From NCBI RefSeq assembly GCF_963921235.1, contig NC_086097.1, positions 149,854,001 through 149,918,000 on the forward strand: a stretch of 64,000 bases of DNA, written 5' to 3'. Position numbers and translations under genes: made by a program. Below, one piece after another: positions 1 through 13,252 of the stretch (position 1 is its first letter; each line of letters begins with the position of its first letter). This DNA is from Mobula hypostoma (taxonomy: Eukaryota). Under the pieces are notes generated by a model. It worked only from the letters and a program-made list of their open reading frames with translations, was not told where the DNA came from and did not search any database.

Positions 1-337
1 CATCTCTTTTTCCAACATAGGATTAATGTATTTTGCAGGAGTTCTTTACACTGCGACTTTTGTTAAAATCTTATTTGTAACTGACTTCTGCTCCCTCTTT
101 TATGGGTCCAGATATCCATGTGGCCGGGGGCACATTGAATTGAATCTACAAATAATTGGACCACTTCTGGATACTTTGATTGGATAATTTGAGGGAAAAA
201 ATGGAAATATTAAGGGACAGAATGAAATATCAGTAGCAATACTTTAGGTGTTTCCATAGCAAGAAAATGAAAGGGATTACAGCGTCACCCATGCAGTGAC
301 AAAGGATGATGGTATTCTGGTCATGCAAATCAAAAAA

Positions 338-540
338 ACAATGATAAATACTGGAAATCTGAAATAAATCCAAGAATTGCTCCATTTATGGAAATAGTTA
401 TGTTGTCAGGTCTGGAAGATTTGTTCAGAACTAGGAAAGAGAACTCTTACCAGTTCTCATGAAATGTCTCAGACCTGAAATATTAACTCTGCTGCTCTGC
501 TCTTAGATACTGCCTGATCAGTTAGTGTTTCCAGCATTTA
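338..540. repeat. Head-to-head pair of decayed Penelope-derived short elements with hammerhead-like cores
   Basis: Plus unit 452-488: AGTT-CTCATGA-aatgtctcagacct-GAAA-tatt-AACT. Minus unit 396-432: AGTT-CTGAACA...gacct-GACA..AACT. Both have PLE-type tails. Confidence 0.6.
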
Positions 541-714
541 GGGAATGCTGGATATTTTGGCAGCAGTGCCATCCCGTGGATAAAGTAAGAATAGCAGGAA
601 TTATTATTGTTCAAATGACCTGAGTTGAATAATATCATGTCAAATAAGTTAGTTATTTACATATTTTAGATAATATTGAAATATGAACAAATCTTTACTA
701 TTTAATATTTTTAG

Positions 715-969
715 ATATGGGTGGAATTGGTTGTGAACTCAATGGAGCAAGGTACTACAATGGTCAAAACTTTCAACCCAACTGCAAGTACAAGTGTACA
801 TGTATGAATGGTGCAATCGGCTGCATTCCAGTGTGCAGGGAGTCCCGTCCTCCGCTCATCTGGTGTCAGAACCCCAAACGTATAAAAATACCAGGAAAAT
901 GCTGCGAGCAGTGGATATGTGATGACTCAAAGCTGAGAAAGACTGCACCTCGCCATGTGTCCATGTCAG
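715..969 (+). CDS. CCN4: CCN4/WISP1 coding exon, VWC domain
   Basis: ttag| acceptor before 715, g|gtagg donor after 969, phase 1/1. Translates GCELNGARYYNGQNFQPNCKYKCTCMNGAIGCIPVC...CCEQWICDD..RKTAPR, the WISP1-type VWC. Confidence 0.95.
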
Positions 970-2074
970 GTAGGGCAACTTGACCGTAAAGGGCAGTAAT
1001 CATGGTCTTGAGGTCCTACAGAACCTTGTATACTGAGCCACTGCCTGAAATGGTAAGCGAAGCACTTGCAATAATAATCTTCAAAAGGAAATCAATTAAA
1101 TAACTGAAAGGAGAAAGCTTGCAGATTTGTGGGACTGAACAGTGACTTAATAGATAAGTGTTTCAAAGAGAGTGCCTTTGTACTTTGGGATGTATCATTC
1201 TGTGATCCTTCGCCCCATAGTCTCCTCCTCTCCTCTCCTGAGAGCTCTCCCAATGATAGACAGGCAGCCTCCTTTACCTTGTTCATGCCTTCATTTGTGA
1301 AGTACAACACTTTTCCCAGCACACTAATTGACAACAGGAGTAGTGCTAGGGCAATTCTAGCCAAGTTGGGCATAAATGCAAACCTTGCAAGCAAGCACAT
1401 CAATAACTGTCACTCGTTACCAATTAGAAACGTCAAACGAAAATAACTCCAACCAAGGGCACATGGACTAGTTTTGCCATTTAGTTCTTCATCCAGGTGA
1501 GGTCAGCTAATTTATCAAAGACTTTATCTTCCCATATCTTCCCAAGAACCCATATCTTCCCGGTCCGTGTATCACAGTTTGAATTCATTAGACTACAGCC
1601 ACTAACTTGGGATGTAAAGTCCTTGTGATAAAAATGAAGTCAATGGCAAATGTGTGGAACATATTCCCTGTTAATTCATTCAGGCCCAATCAATTGATGT
1701 CTTTTGGAAGGTCTGGAACAATTCTTCTCAAAAACAGGTTCTGAGAATGACAGCAATGATAATATAACTTTATTCAACTTTAGACAGTAGGTTTGGAAAT
1801 AGTGGAACATCAATAATTGGTTTGTTTCTGCAGTGAAGCGTGAAAGAAGCCGATATGAACATTGAAGTAATCTATTCTCCTTCAACCCCTTCTGTTGCTT
1901 TGAATTTCCCATTTATCAACGTCTCCTTTAGTCGCTCTGGCTTCAAATATTGTGGAAGATTCCACAAACTCATTTTTATTTTGTTCTTCATTAGTCACCA
2001 ATGATCCTTGAAGACCTCAGTTGAGAAAATACCATGGATTTTTCCTCTTCACTCATAAGTGAATTGGGCAATTG

Positions 2075-2250
2075 GAGACACGAGACACTGCAGATGCTGG
2101 GATCTGGAGCAACAAACAAAATGCTGGAAGAGCTCACCGATGGGAATGGGGGAGGCATTGACGCAGAGTGTTGACCTAAATTTTGAGCGTTCCACAGCCC
2201 TCACGGATGCTGATTGACCTGCTGAGTCCCTCCAGAAAATGCTTTGTTGA
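2075..2250. repeat. Inverted pair of Penelope-derived terminal fragments
   Basis: ctgcagatgctgggatctggagcaac (minus) and gatgctgattgacctgctgagtccctccag (plus) both resemble the PLE end at 42180-42260. Confidence 0.6.
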
Positions 2251-2579
2251 ACTTAGTAAAATCAAGAGCAAAAATTAGAGATTGTGGGAAAGGGAAGGCA
2301 GTAGGGCTAACTGCGCAACCAGTGCAAGCAAAAGGCCCCAAAAGCTTCCTCCTGTAATGTATAATTCTGACCCATGAACAATTGGTTCTGAAGTAGCAAA
2401 ATTATGTTGTAGCTCATAATGCTAAAAATAGAGCCAGTATTTCTCTAGATGAGGTACGAAACTTAGTGGTATCAATTGTACAATACTTTGATCCTAGTAG
2501 AAAACTTGTTCCTAAGTTTTTGCTGATTTGGAAAGAATGGCGATTATTTGGACTAACCGTTGCTTTGTCATCTTTTTAG

Positions 2580-2773
2580 CGTTCCAAGGGGAATCGGAAG
2601 TATGGCACCAGAACTGCTTAGTGCAAACTACACCATGGAGTGTATGCTCCAAATCCTGTGGAATGGGGATTTCAACCAGGATTTCAAATGAAAACCATCA
2701 GTGTAAGATGGTGAATGAAAGACGCCTTTGTTACTTAAGGCCTTGCAACATTGACATTACCAAACATATCAAG
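2580..2773 (+). CDS. CCN4: CCN4 coding exon, TSP1 domain
   Basis: Branch point gactaac (2551-2557), tttttag acceptor, aag|gtaat donor. Encodes WHQNCLVQTTPWSVCSKSCGMGISTRISN...RLCYLRPC; frame is continuous with both neighbouring exons. Confidence 0.96.
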
Positions 2774-3917
2774 GTAATCTTCTTGGTCTTTATTAAGTTT
2801 ATCAAATTCTTATTCCGGGGACTCAGGGTGACCCCCTAAATAAAAGTATACCCATTACCTTGGTGATTGGGTTCTATGTGGAAGGAGTAGTACATCTTGA
2901 TAGGGTATTAAAGTCGAATTTGATTTGTGATTAACAATTGGATATAAAGTCTGCTTAATGTTCATCCCCCTCCAAATACCAAAGGCATCAAGTGTCAACA
3001 CATAGTGCTTAATCCTGGATTGCACAACCTTCTTGTGGACTCCAAACTGTGACAGAAAGACCACTCGCATGTGGCATTAGTTGTAATGGAATTGTTAATT
3101 TTGTCATGCTAGACTTTTAATATTTACTTTCTCTGCTTTTGTGTGTGAAGTATGCTGTTTGTGAAGTATATAAAAATTCTCCATAAAGCTTGACCTTCTA
3201 GGCTGCTCTGCTGGTAATTTAACAATGTTGGATTGTTTCCTTCAATTACAATTTGTAAGAAAATCATGAGCTTGTTTTTTGTGGCTAGTGGTAATTGGAG
3301 GAACATGATCACAATGAAAAAAGATGGAATGTTAATGAGGATATTTGTGAGTGGAGAGAGAGGAGGTACTTATTTTAACAAAACATAGCTGCCTTCAGAA
3401 TGCCTCTGAAGTGAAGTGTTTGCATGTACAGAGGATAGTTGGTGACAACATTTCAGTGCTGTAACTTTAGTTTACTGTGTAAATATACAGAAGCTATCTC
3501 TATTTTTCAAATGGAATAGAAAGCCTTCAGCAGTTAACTGGACATAAGTTTGCCTGTGGCACAGTTCCTAACCACTGCTTTATTGATCTAATTTTGAACT
3601 AAAAAGAGTTCATCTTGCACCCATTAATAATCTGATCTGAATATATGTGCATTCACAAAACAGAAACTCAACAGAACTAGAAATCCCCATACTAAAATGT
3701 ACTTGTAATACAGTAACATGAAAATATAAAAACAGAGACTCCCCAACTTTTTTCAAAGGCCCATTACTTTGAGACCAACTAACCTCGTCAGTTTAGTTTA
3801 CAATGCCGGAGCAGTGGATACAGGAAATAGCCTTATGAAAGGCATTGAAATGATCTCAGGTTTGGAATTGTGAATAAAATGACCAAGTTGAATATTTCTT
3901 GTTTGCTCTCCTTACAG

Positions 3918-4217
3918 GAGGGAAAGAGGTGCCTCAGTGTCCTGAAGCAGGTGGAACCCATAAACTTTACCTTGTCTGGGTGTGTGAGCCAACGCACATA
4001 TCGGCCCAAATACTGTGGCATCTGCACAGACGACCGATGCTGCACTCCCCAGAAATCAAAGACCATTGAGGTGAATTTTGACTGCCCTGATGGTCTGGGC
4101 TTCTCCAAGAACATGATGTGGATAAACTCCTGTTTCTGCACCCTAAGGTGCGAGAAACCAAATGACATCTTTGCAGATCTGTTGTATTATCCTGACTACT
4201 CTGAAATCGCAAACTAA
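3918..4217 (+). CDS. CCN4: CCN4 last coding exon, cystine-knot CT domain
   Basis: ccttacag| acceptor. Encodes EGKRCL...YRPKYCGICTDDRCC...WINSCFC...NDIFADL..YPDYSEIAN*; this C-terminus is diagnostic of WISP1. NDRG1 synteny agrees. Confidence 0.96.
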   Translation, partial: EGKRCLSVLKQVEPINFTLSGCVSQRTYRPKYCGICTDDRCCTPQKSKTIEVNFDCPDGLGFSKNMMWINSCFCTLRCEKPNDIFADLLYYPDYSEIAN

Positions 4218-4275
4218 GTGCTAAGAAGTGCATCCTTTTGACTAACTGCTGACAAGAATGGCAAGAATGCTGGAG

Positions 4276-4404
4276 AATAAATGCGATTTTGGCCTGAAGT
4301 AACAATGCAAATCATGTACCTGTCATCAATTGCCAGAAAGATACAGGTTCCATATCTCAGCTTTGAGGAATTATCATTCTTGACAAAATAAAATAAATTT
4401 ATTT
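4276..4404 (+). promoter_or_regulatory. Candidate CCN4 polyadenylation signals and AU-rich element
   Basis: AATAAA at 4276-4281, 4387-4392 and 4392-4397, followed by ATTTATTTA. Which site is used cannot be told from sequence. Confidence 0.4.
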
Positions 4405-5407
4405 AGTGAATTAGAATATTCAATAGAATATTTAAAGATATTATTTACTGAGGTGTTGCAAGTTCAGTCGGTTGATAGATAGCTGGTGTTCTAAAGTCTC
4501 TTTTTCAGATTTTCTCATTTGATACCAATCTGAGTATCGCAAAAAAGATACAAAAGTTAGGGGGAAAAAAATTCAAGCATCAACAAAGCAACTTCATTCC
4601 TTCCACGTTGAATTTAAACTGAACTGTTTTCCTCTGGTCAAATAAAGGATTAGGATCCAATGGCAATATTAATTTCCAAAGGTGTTAATTTTGGTTTGCT
4701 CATTCCACCTCTGTCTGCAAGACATCATGGGTTTCAAGCAGCACTCTAATGTAGCCATGGCAAGCCTCAGGCACATGCAAAAATTTGTTGGCATGCAGCA
4801 TGCAGTGCCATCAATTGATTCTTTAAACCCCATCCATAAATAAAAAAATACATAATTATCCTTACTGCCAAATGAAGCAGCAAATGTTTATAACAACCCA
4901 AGAACAGTGAGATATCTTCACAGTAAACTTCTCAAACTGGTTTGGTACCAACCGGATGGTTGCAAGAACACAGGACATTGGATAATACATTTTGAAATCC
5001 TCCCAACCTGGTATATACATCAGCATTTAGATGGTAAATGGTTAGAATAACAACACTCTTTAGATTAATAATAATAATTTTAGGAAGTTTTCTAAAATGC
5101 TTCATTTATTTCTGGCTGTCGGCTATACTTTTATTAATATTAAAACAACTAATATACATAAACAGGACATTATTTTTCCTTCAAGAAAGCTCATAATTAT
5201 TTTATTTATTCAGTAATCAGCAATACTCTCTGCATAAAATTACCATGGTGCTCAAGTTTTCAGAAGAATATTGCTATTTGGGCATACAATCTCAAAAACT
5301 TTTGCCACACCTGCTCTTGTGTGCACTGCAGGTTGCCATTTCACTGGGACAACGATGGACAAGAACACTGTAGAAGTGCTATTTTTCTTGTGAAATATCC
5401 AATATTT

Positions 5408-5797
5408 AGGACATCAAAGACCATATTCTACTACTCTGCAGAAGTCCAAAGATAATCCCAGTGAAATATATGCCTCAACACTTAAATACAAACTTTCCTA
5501 TTATTGTGGTCTGCAAATTGAATTATCTCAGATAAAGGAACTGCACTTCAAAAGTACTCCATTGACTGTTGATTATTTGAGATCCTCTAAAATACTAAAA
5601 TGTACTGTGCAATTGCAATTATTTGTAAGAAGACAAAGAAATTCTCTCAACGCCCCTGACAACATTCTTCCCTCAATCAATATAAAAATATTCCAGTATT
5701 ATTTGGCCATTCATCTCATTGCCATGTGTTCAACAGTGCGGTGTACCTTGCTGTCGCGCTCATCTCTGTAACACATTCAATGTATAGTATTAATTGG
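5408..5797 (+). mobile_element. Two adjacent ancient Deu-domain SINE (SacSINE1/AmnSINE1-like) fossils
   Basis: Segments cacttcaaaagtactccattgactgt and cctgacaacattcttccctcaatcaa...ttatttggccattcatctcattgc resemble the DeuSINE consensus as recalled. Highly diverged. Confidence 0.45.
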
Positions 5798-5912
5798 TCC
5801 TGATTCTGGGTCACAACCTAAAACATCAATCACTCTTTTACCTCCACAGATGCTGCTTGAACCTGCTGAGTTATACCAGCAGTTTACATTTTCCTACACG
5901 CAGTCTCTTGTA
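5795..5912 (+). repeat. Decayed Penelope-derived short element with a hammerhead remnant
   Basis: gtcCTGATtctgggtcacaacctAAAAcatc...cacagatgctgcttgaacctgctgagtt parallels 42128-42210. Confidence 0.6.
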
Positions 5913-7080
5913 TCTTCATTAATTTGTAGATATTTACAAATAATTTATAAAAGCATTTATTGAAGCATCCAAAAACCTATCTTCTCTAGTTCACATGGAT
6001 TGGTTGATTCAAGCTCACCATCTCCTCCTCAAGGACAATTAAAGGAAATTGCATATTAGCCTTGACATTGACATGCAGAGTTGTTTAGGACTCTAAAGGT
6101 TTATGGGAGACTGCCTGACACATTGTCACAGTGAACTGTCGCTGAAAGTATGAAATAATTTCTTCTTTTTCTACATTTAAAAAAAAATCAGCTGTCTTAA
6201 CTTTATGGAAATTTGTCATATGTTGACAGGTTTTCTCAAGTCGAGCAAAAGGATAAAGTCGTCAAGCTATTTGATGCATGTCCTGGTTGATATTGTTCCA
6301 GGATCAGTCTCAACAATGTAATCATCAATTTGAAAAATGGAGGGGGAGCAGAGGCAGAATAAATATTGTCAATGTACCAAGAACTGTGCCTGTGAATCAT
6401 ATAGAGTACAGGTTGGAAATGTTTCAAGAGAATTATGGAGCTCATACTGTTACTGACGTACTCACAACGAAACAAAGGATGAAAAAAGACAAGTGTTAGA
6501 GCTCCATTTGCAACATCTTAGAGGCAGGGAGTAGGAAGAAATGGGTTATATTACTTACTGCAATACTCACATCACAAAGCACTTCTTCCCTTGAAATGAA
6601 AAATTCTTGAACTAGTTATCTCTTACCTGGCCAAACAAATCCATTATCAGGATTGTTCTTGTGTGAGGTCAAAGACAGTATGGAATAATAAATAATTGAA
6701 ATGCACAAGGTTGAAACCGTGTCTCCTGTAAAAGAATAGTGATGTACATTGCAATTCTGCCAGCAGAGTTATTGTACACACACGATTTTAAATTGTAAAA
6801 AATTAGTCAGGCTTCATGTCATATTCACCGGTGTAATGAAAAACTTGACACAGCATCACAGTTGCACAGCATCATGTAAGAAAAATTCACAAGAAAAACA
6901 AATATAAAGACAAACTTTAGAAGAAAACAATTAGAGCAAAAAAATGTCAATTTTAGTGCAACGTGATCAAAGTGTTGCTGAACTCCAGTGATCTTATGGC
7001 AGTTGTTCAGAAACCAAATGGTTGATGGAAAGTAGCTATTCTCAAATTTGGTAGTGTGGGAATTCACGCTTCTGCACCTT

Positions 7081-8532
7081 AGACAATAAGATATAGGAGC
7101 AGAACTAGGACATTTGGCACATCGACTCTGCTCTACCATTTCATCAAGGCTGATCCATTCTCTCTCTCAACCCCAATCTCTTGCCTTCTCCCTATATCCC
7201 TTCATGCCCTGACCAACCTCTGCCTTAAATATACTTGACCTCCACAGCTACCTCTGACAAAGAAGTCCACAGATTCATCACCCTCTGGCTAAAGAAATTT
7301 CTCCTCATCTCCACTCTAAAAGGACGCCCCTCTAGTCTGAGGCTGTGTCTTCTGGTCTTACTCTCTCACACCATGGGAAATATACTCTCCACATCCACTC
7401 TATCAAGGCCTTTCATGCGATTCAATAGGTTTCAATGAGGTCACCCCTCATTCTTCATATACTTAAGGCAGAGGTTGATAGATTCTTGATTGGTCAGGGC
7501 ATTGAAGGGATATGGGGAGAAGGTAAGAGATTCGGGCCGAGAAGGAAAATGGATCAGCTATGATGAAAGGGAGAACAAAATGGCGGCACGACGCAGCACG
7601 CTCGGCCGTTCCGAATGAATATCGATCATGTGTAACTAGGGGCCGTGCACAATCTGGATTTGATGGAGACAGCTGTGAAAAGCCCAGAGGAACATCTGGA
7701 GTAACTTCTGAAAAGCCTGCTTTGCTACTGCGCGATCGAGAATCTCCGGAGACAAAGGCCCCTAATCCGCAGCTTTGCATATCGCCTGTTACCGGGGCCG
7801 GGGTTGAAGCGCTCAGCTGAGATGGTGCTCGGTGCTCTGCGTTGAAGAGGTGGTCAGAGGCTCGGGGTTTTCAGACTGACTTGGAGTCGGACTGTGGTCG
7901 GATGCTTCCAGGATGCTGCATCGGCGCTGGAGGTTTACTGTCTGCTTGAGATGATGGGACTTTCAAGAGACTTTGAGACTTTTACAGTGCCATCGTCTGA
8001 TCTTATCAAATTACTGTATTGCTTTGCACTGTTGTAACTATATGTTATAATTATATGGTTTTTGTTAGTTTTTAAGTCAGTTTGTCATGTTTTTCGTGAT
8101 ATCATTCTGGAAAGACATTTTAACATTTCTTAATGCATGCATTATTAAATGACAATAAAAGGGGACTGCGTGTCCTCATAATCATAAGTGACAAGAGCAG
8201 AGTCAATGGGCCAAATGTTCTAGCTCTGCTCCTATATCTTACAGTCTCATGGTCTAAGATGTGCATTCTTCTTAATTCCAGTGAATACAGGCCCAGAGCC
8301 ATCAAGCACTCTTCATATGACAAACCATTCAATCCTGGAATCGTTTTTGTGAACCTCCTTTGAACCCTCTCCAGTATCAGCACATCCTTTCTAAGGGGCC
8401 CAAAGCAGCTCACAATATGCCAAGTAAGGTCTCCATCAGTCCTTTATAAAGCTTCAACATTACATCTTTGCTTTTAAATTCTAGTCCTCTTGAAATGAAT
8501 GCTAATATCATATTTGCCTTCCTCACCACTAA
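7081..8532 (-). mobile_element. CR1 3' fragment (7081-7456 and 8264-8532), interrupted
   Basis: RKANMILAFISRGLEFKSKDVMLKLYK and LERVQRRFTKTIPGL peptides. TSD cattcttc (7449-7456 and 8264-8271) flanks a plus-strand CR1 3' end at 7457-8263. Confidence 0.8.
7572..8195 (+). mobile_element. CpG-rich non-autonomous retroelement with a Rex-like 3' end
   Basis: Starts near aaaatggcggc and ends aaatgacaataaa...cataatcataa. Splits a CR1 3' terminus. Confidence 0.6.
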
Positions 8533-9629
8533 CTCACTCGAATGGTGGGGAGCTTTGATGATGTTTATTGCCTTCCTGAGGCAATATGCCCTATAGATGC
8601 CACCTGTGATGTATTGGGCAGAATCCACTTCTCTCTGCAGCTTCCTACATTCCTGCACGCCCAAACTTGCAGTACCAGAGCATGAGACGAGCAGTCATGA
8701 TAATTTCAACAGCACATCTGTAGAAGCTTGGTAAACAAAAATAATTGGAACAAAGCTAATTGGAAATATTGTAATACACCTGAGCTATGGGTGAAAGTCT
8801 TTAATAGTGGTGTTTCTTTCATTCCCCAATGTTACCTTCTCCTTATAGACGATAAGAATAAGTTGCCTTGCTCAAAATGAAACATGTGTACAATTTATCA
8901 GGAACGCATTACAGGAAAGTTTTAATAACAAAAATGTATTTAAATCTACAGTATGAGTTCTCATGATATCAAAAATGAATAAGAACAGAGGATAAGGAAA
9001 AGAAACTTGGGTCATTTGGTCATACTCATCCCACCATTAGCTCTAATCATGATACTTCATCTAACAACACTAACTTCATAGTCACAATTATAACATAAAA
9101 ACGTTCTTCAGGGGAATTCATCCATGCCAACCAAGTGCCCTCCAAGCTATTCCCATTTGCTTGCATTAGCCCATATCCCTCTGAACCTTTCCTGATTTTC
9201 AACCATCCCAAGTATCTTTTAAATGTAATTGTACCTACCTCTACCACTCAGAGCACCCAGAAGCAGCCCACGTGGTTATGGAGAGAACATACAAACTCAG
9301 GGGAGAGGGGTCTTCCCTTGGTGTCCATTTGTGGCAACAAATCGTGCAAAGAAAGCAGTTAGCCTATCAGGAAGGGAGGCGCCTCTGTCATTTGTATACC
9401 CTGCCACAATGCACCATGTGTCCCTGGTGTCACAATGTTCATTTTATTTTTCATTTAAAAATCTTTTTTAATTCTTATTGAAAATCAACAAAAAATATAG
9501 TAATGTAATCAAGTCAACATGTCAATATGTACAATAAGAATTAAATTATTAAATAACTGATTAACAAAGCTAAACAATATATCAATAATAGTAAGTAAAA
9601 ACAAAATGTTAAAACTATTTTTTTGGAAA

Positions 9630-12050
9630 ATAGAAGGAAAATGTTGACATGATGATCGTAGGTAGTTGCCTCCCTGAATACGCTCCAGTCTATGCTTTCA
9701 AAACAGTCCTGCAGTATTGAGGTGGCACCTTCTGGCCAGATTCTGATCACCTTGCAAATGGATTGGGCTCATTTAACCAGTGGTCTGTACGCAGGGATTA
9801 CCAAAATGCATATGTGGCCTTAGGTAATGACAAGGGTGGTGTTTGTGGGTGGCAGCCTTGTCTTCTCTCCTCTGCTTACAAAGTTGATATGCTGGTAGAA
9901 CCTTGGCAAGACTTAAGTTGGCGTGATTGAAGTTACCAGCAACAATGAAGGAACCATCGGAACAAGTGCCTTTGAAGCCACAAATGACACCATAGTTTTT
10001 CCCCAGCACTGGCTTTGGTTGGTGGTGGGGGGGGGGTATGTGGGGTGATGTTAACAGTGACAATTACAATGGTAGTAACTCCCTCGGTAAGTAGAAGGGC
10101 CTACACTTCACCATTAAAAACTATCTGCGGTGAGCAGTAGACCATTACTACCAAGGCATTCATACACCAGACCTCCTCTGGTGGTCTTCAAATTTGCAAG
10201 TAAATTATCAGAGTACATATATATCACCATATACATCACCATATACAACCCTGAGATTCATTTACATGTGTGCATACTCAAATCAATAATGGAATAATAA
10301 CCATAATAGAACTGATAAAAATCTACACCAACTGGGCATTCAACCAATGTGCAAAGGAAAACAAACTGTGCAAGTACAAAAAGAAATAATAATAAATAAA
10401 TTAGCCATAAATATCAACAACATGAGATGAGGAGTCCTTGAAAGTACATCCATAGGTTGTGGGAATATTCCAGTGATGGGGTGAGTGAAGTTATCCCCAC
10501 TAGTTCACAAGCCAAATGGTTGAGGGGTAATTACTGCTCCTGAACCTGGTGGTATGAGCCCTGAGGCTCCTAATCCTTCTTCGTGATAGCATGTCCTGGG
10601 TAGAGGAAGGTCTCTGATGATGGATGCTGCTTTCCTGCAACAACGCTCCGTGAAGATGTGCTCAATGGTTGGAAGGGCTTTGCCTGTGATGGACTGGGCC
10701 ATATCCACTACTTTTTGAAGGATTGCCATTCAAGGGCAATTTCCATACCAGGCTGTGGTGCAGCCAGCCAACATACTTTCCATCACACATCAATAGAAGT
10801 TTGTCAAAGTTTTAGATCTCATGGCAAATATTTGCAAAGTCGTAAGTAGAGGCGCTCCAGTGCTTTCTTTGTAATCACACTTAGGTGCTGGGCCTAAGAA
10901 AGGTCCTCTGAAATGATAATACTGAGGAATTTAAAGTTGTGGCAGGGCTTGAACAAGAACATAAGAAATAGGAGCACGAGTAGGCCATCTGGCCTGTCAA
11001 GCCTACTCCACCATTCAATAAGATCATGGCTGATCTGGCCATGGACTCATCTCCCCCTACCTGCTTTTTCCCCATTACCTTTAATTCCTCTACTATGCAA
11101 AAATCTATCCAACCTTGTCTTAAGTATATTTACCGAGGTAGCCTCCGCTGCTTCATTGGGCAGAGAATTCCATAAATTCACCAATCTCTGGAAAAAGCAG
11201 TTCCTCCTCATCTCCATCCTAAATCTACTCCCCTGAATCTTGACATTATATCCTCCAGCTCTAGTCTCACCTACCAGTGGAACAACATTCTTGCCTTTGT
11301 CTTATCTATCCCTTTTCATAACTTCATGTTTCTGTAAGATTTCCTCTCATTCTTTTGAATTCCAGTGAGTACAGTTCCAGGTGACTCAAACTCTCCTCAT
11401 AGTCTAACCCCCTCATCTCTGGAATCAACCTAGTGAACCTCCTCTACGCCACCACCAAAGCCGGTATATCCTTGCTCAAGTAAGGAGACCAGAATTGCAT
11501 GCAGTACTCCAGGTGCAGCCTCACCAGTACCCTTCACAGTTGCGGCATAACCCCTCTGCTTTTAAATTGAATCCCTCTCGCAATGAAGGCCAACTTTGCC
11601 TTCTTGAAAGCTTGCTGAACTTGCAAACCAACCTTCTGTGATTCATGCACAAGCACTCCCAAGTCCCTCTGCACAGCAGCATGCTGCAATTTTTTACTAT
11701 TTAAATAATAATCTGCTCTTTTGTTTTTCCTTCCAAAGTCGATAACCTCGCATTTACCAACATTGTACTCCACCCACCAGACCCTTGCCCACTCATTTGG
11801 CCTATCAATACCTGATTTTGTGGAGGGACAGTCGTTTTTCCCCCAGAGAGCATTGTATTTTTGTCTGCCCAAGAACATCAGGCCTTCTAGCTAGATGGCT
11901 GAGTCTGGAGCGGTGCCCTGGAGCCACGATTTTGTCAGGACAAGTGTGCAGCAGTCCTTCATCTCCCACTGGTCCAGGCAGATACAGGTAATCTATCTCA
12001 TTTTCTAGCGATCGGACATTAGTGAATAGAATCATTGGGAGCGTGAGCCA
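9630..12050 (-). mobile_element. Rex1/Babar-like endonuclease-region remnant (about 9630-10175 and 11815-12050) with nested Rex 3' piece (about 10190-10945)
   Basis: Peptides ILFTNVRSLENEID, FIVAGNFNHANL, LQDCFESIDWSVF and LQKVVDMAQSITGKALPTIEHIF. Confidence 0.65.
10951..11805 (-). mobile_element. CR1 LINE 3' portion
   Basis: EWARVWWVEYNVGKCEVIDFGRKN...QRDLGVLV; tail tcttatgttcttgttc. Confidence 0.85.
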
Positions 12051-12224
12051 CTTTAAAGTCCAATTGACTAGTTCATCCTGGACTGCTTGTAATCTAATAG
12101 TTTAGACTCACCTATTACCTTGTCAAAGATCTTGCTAAATCCACATAGAAAATGTCTACTGCTCTACCTTCATCCATCTTCTCCTCAAAAAAAAACAGCC
12201 CGTACTGCCCAATTATACCTTATG

Positions 12225-12396
12225 ACCCACCAACTAACCCATACACATCTAGGATGTGAAAGGAAACCTGAGCACTCAGAGGAAACCCATGCGGTTATGG
12301 GTAAAACAATATGCCTTAGAGTCAGCTGCAGAATTGAACACTGATTGCTGGCGCTGCAATAGCATTACCTTAACTGTTACTCAACCTCATTGCCCC
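12225..12396 (-). mobile_element. V-SINE/HE1-like SINE fragment
   Basis: ggaaacctgagcactcagaggaaacccatgcggt is the reverse of the V-domain; tRNA-like head to the right. Confidence 0.6.
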
Positions 12397-13252
12397 CACA
12401 TTTGAGACAATTTTCTTTTCATGAACTTGCGTTGACTATTCCAGTTAGTCTATGCCACTCTAAATGCTGGCAGACCTTTCCCCACAGAATTCCCTCCATA
12501 TACTTGGCTCCTGGTTAATGGTGATTGAAAATACATTGATGTAGAAACTAAATTAAAATGATAATTTTAGAGAATAAAACCAAAATAAACCCTTTAATCT
12601 AAGTCAATGTTTTGTGGAAGTGGTACTAAAAGCATTTTTTAGTTGAGACTGCAGACTTATCATGCTGCCTGTTGATAGTCACTAGTTGTATTTAGATGAG
12701 ATGCCATTGTGGCAGAGGTGCACAGCAAAATGCGTACCCTTGAAATGGGAGAAGTCATTGAAACAGCTGAAAATGAATGGAAATTATCCAATAATTGTTG
12801 CAAACTCCTTTTGAGTTTATAACACACCTAGGTTTAAATTCTGACAACTAACGTCCTTTATGCCAAATACCAATGGCAAAAAGTAACACCAAATCCATTT
12901 CATAATAGCCATCACATTGCTTTTTGGGTAATAGAAAGCTGCTGTGGCCAACAAGTTATTTATAGCATTTTAAGTGAAACGTGACAATAATTTTATCTCT
13001 AGTAATCATTGCAGATACTTGACTGAGTGATTTAGCCTTTCAAAGATAACATGGTTTCAGTGTCAATTTCTTGTGGGTGTCACCAGTCCCCTTACACAAT
13101 ATTCTTTTTGGAGCACTGCAATTGTCCAAAGTTAATCATCAGTCACTCATACATCTATACAGCATTTAAACAGGCTTTACAACCCAACTTGTCCACAAAG
13201 ATTAAGATGCCTGGCTGAGCTAGTCCTATTCGCCAGCATTTGACCTATCTCC

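Larger units (their letters stand above)
6805..8730 (-). mobile_element. Rex1/Babar-like LINE 3' remnant (about 6805-7080 and 8535-8730) hosting nested CR1 pieces
   Basis: Minus-strand peptides LQREVDSAQYITG..YCLRKAINIIKAPHH and HTTKFENSYFPSTIWFLN are successive parts of one C-terminus. Confidence 0.65.

Noticed and set aside
1092-1446. Overlapping ~100-aa ORFs in a CCN4 intron
   Set aside because: No recognisable domain; at most a very old RT trace near 1300-1370.
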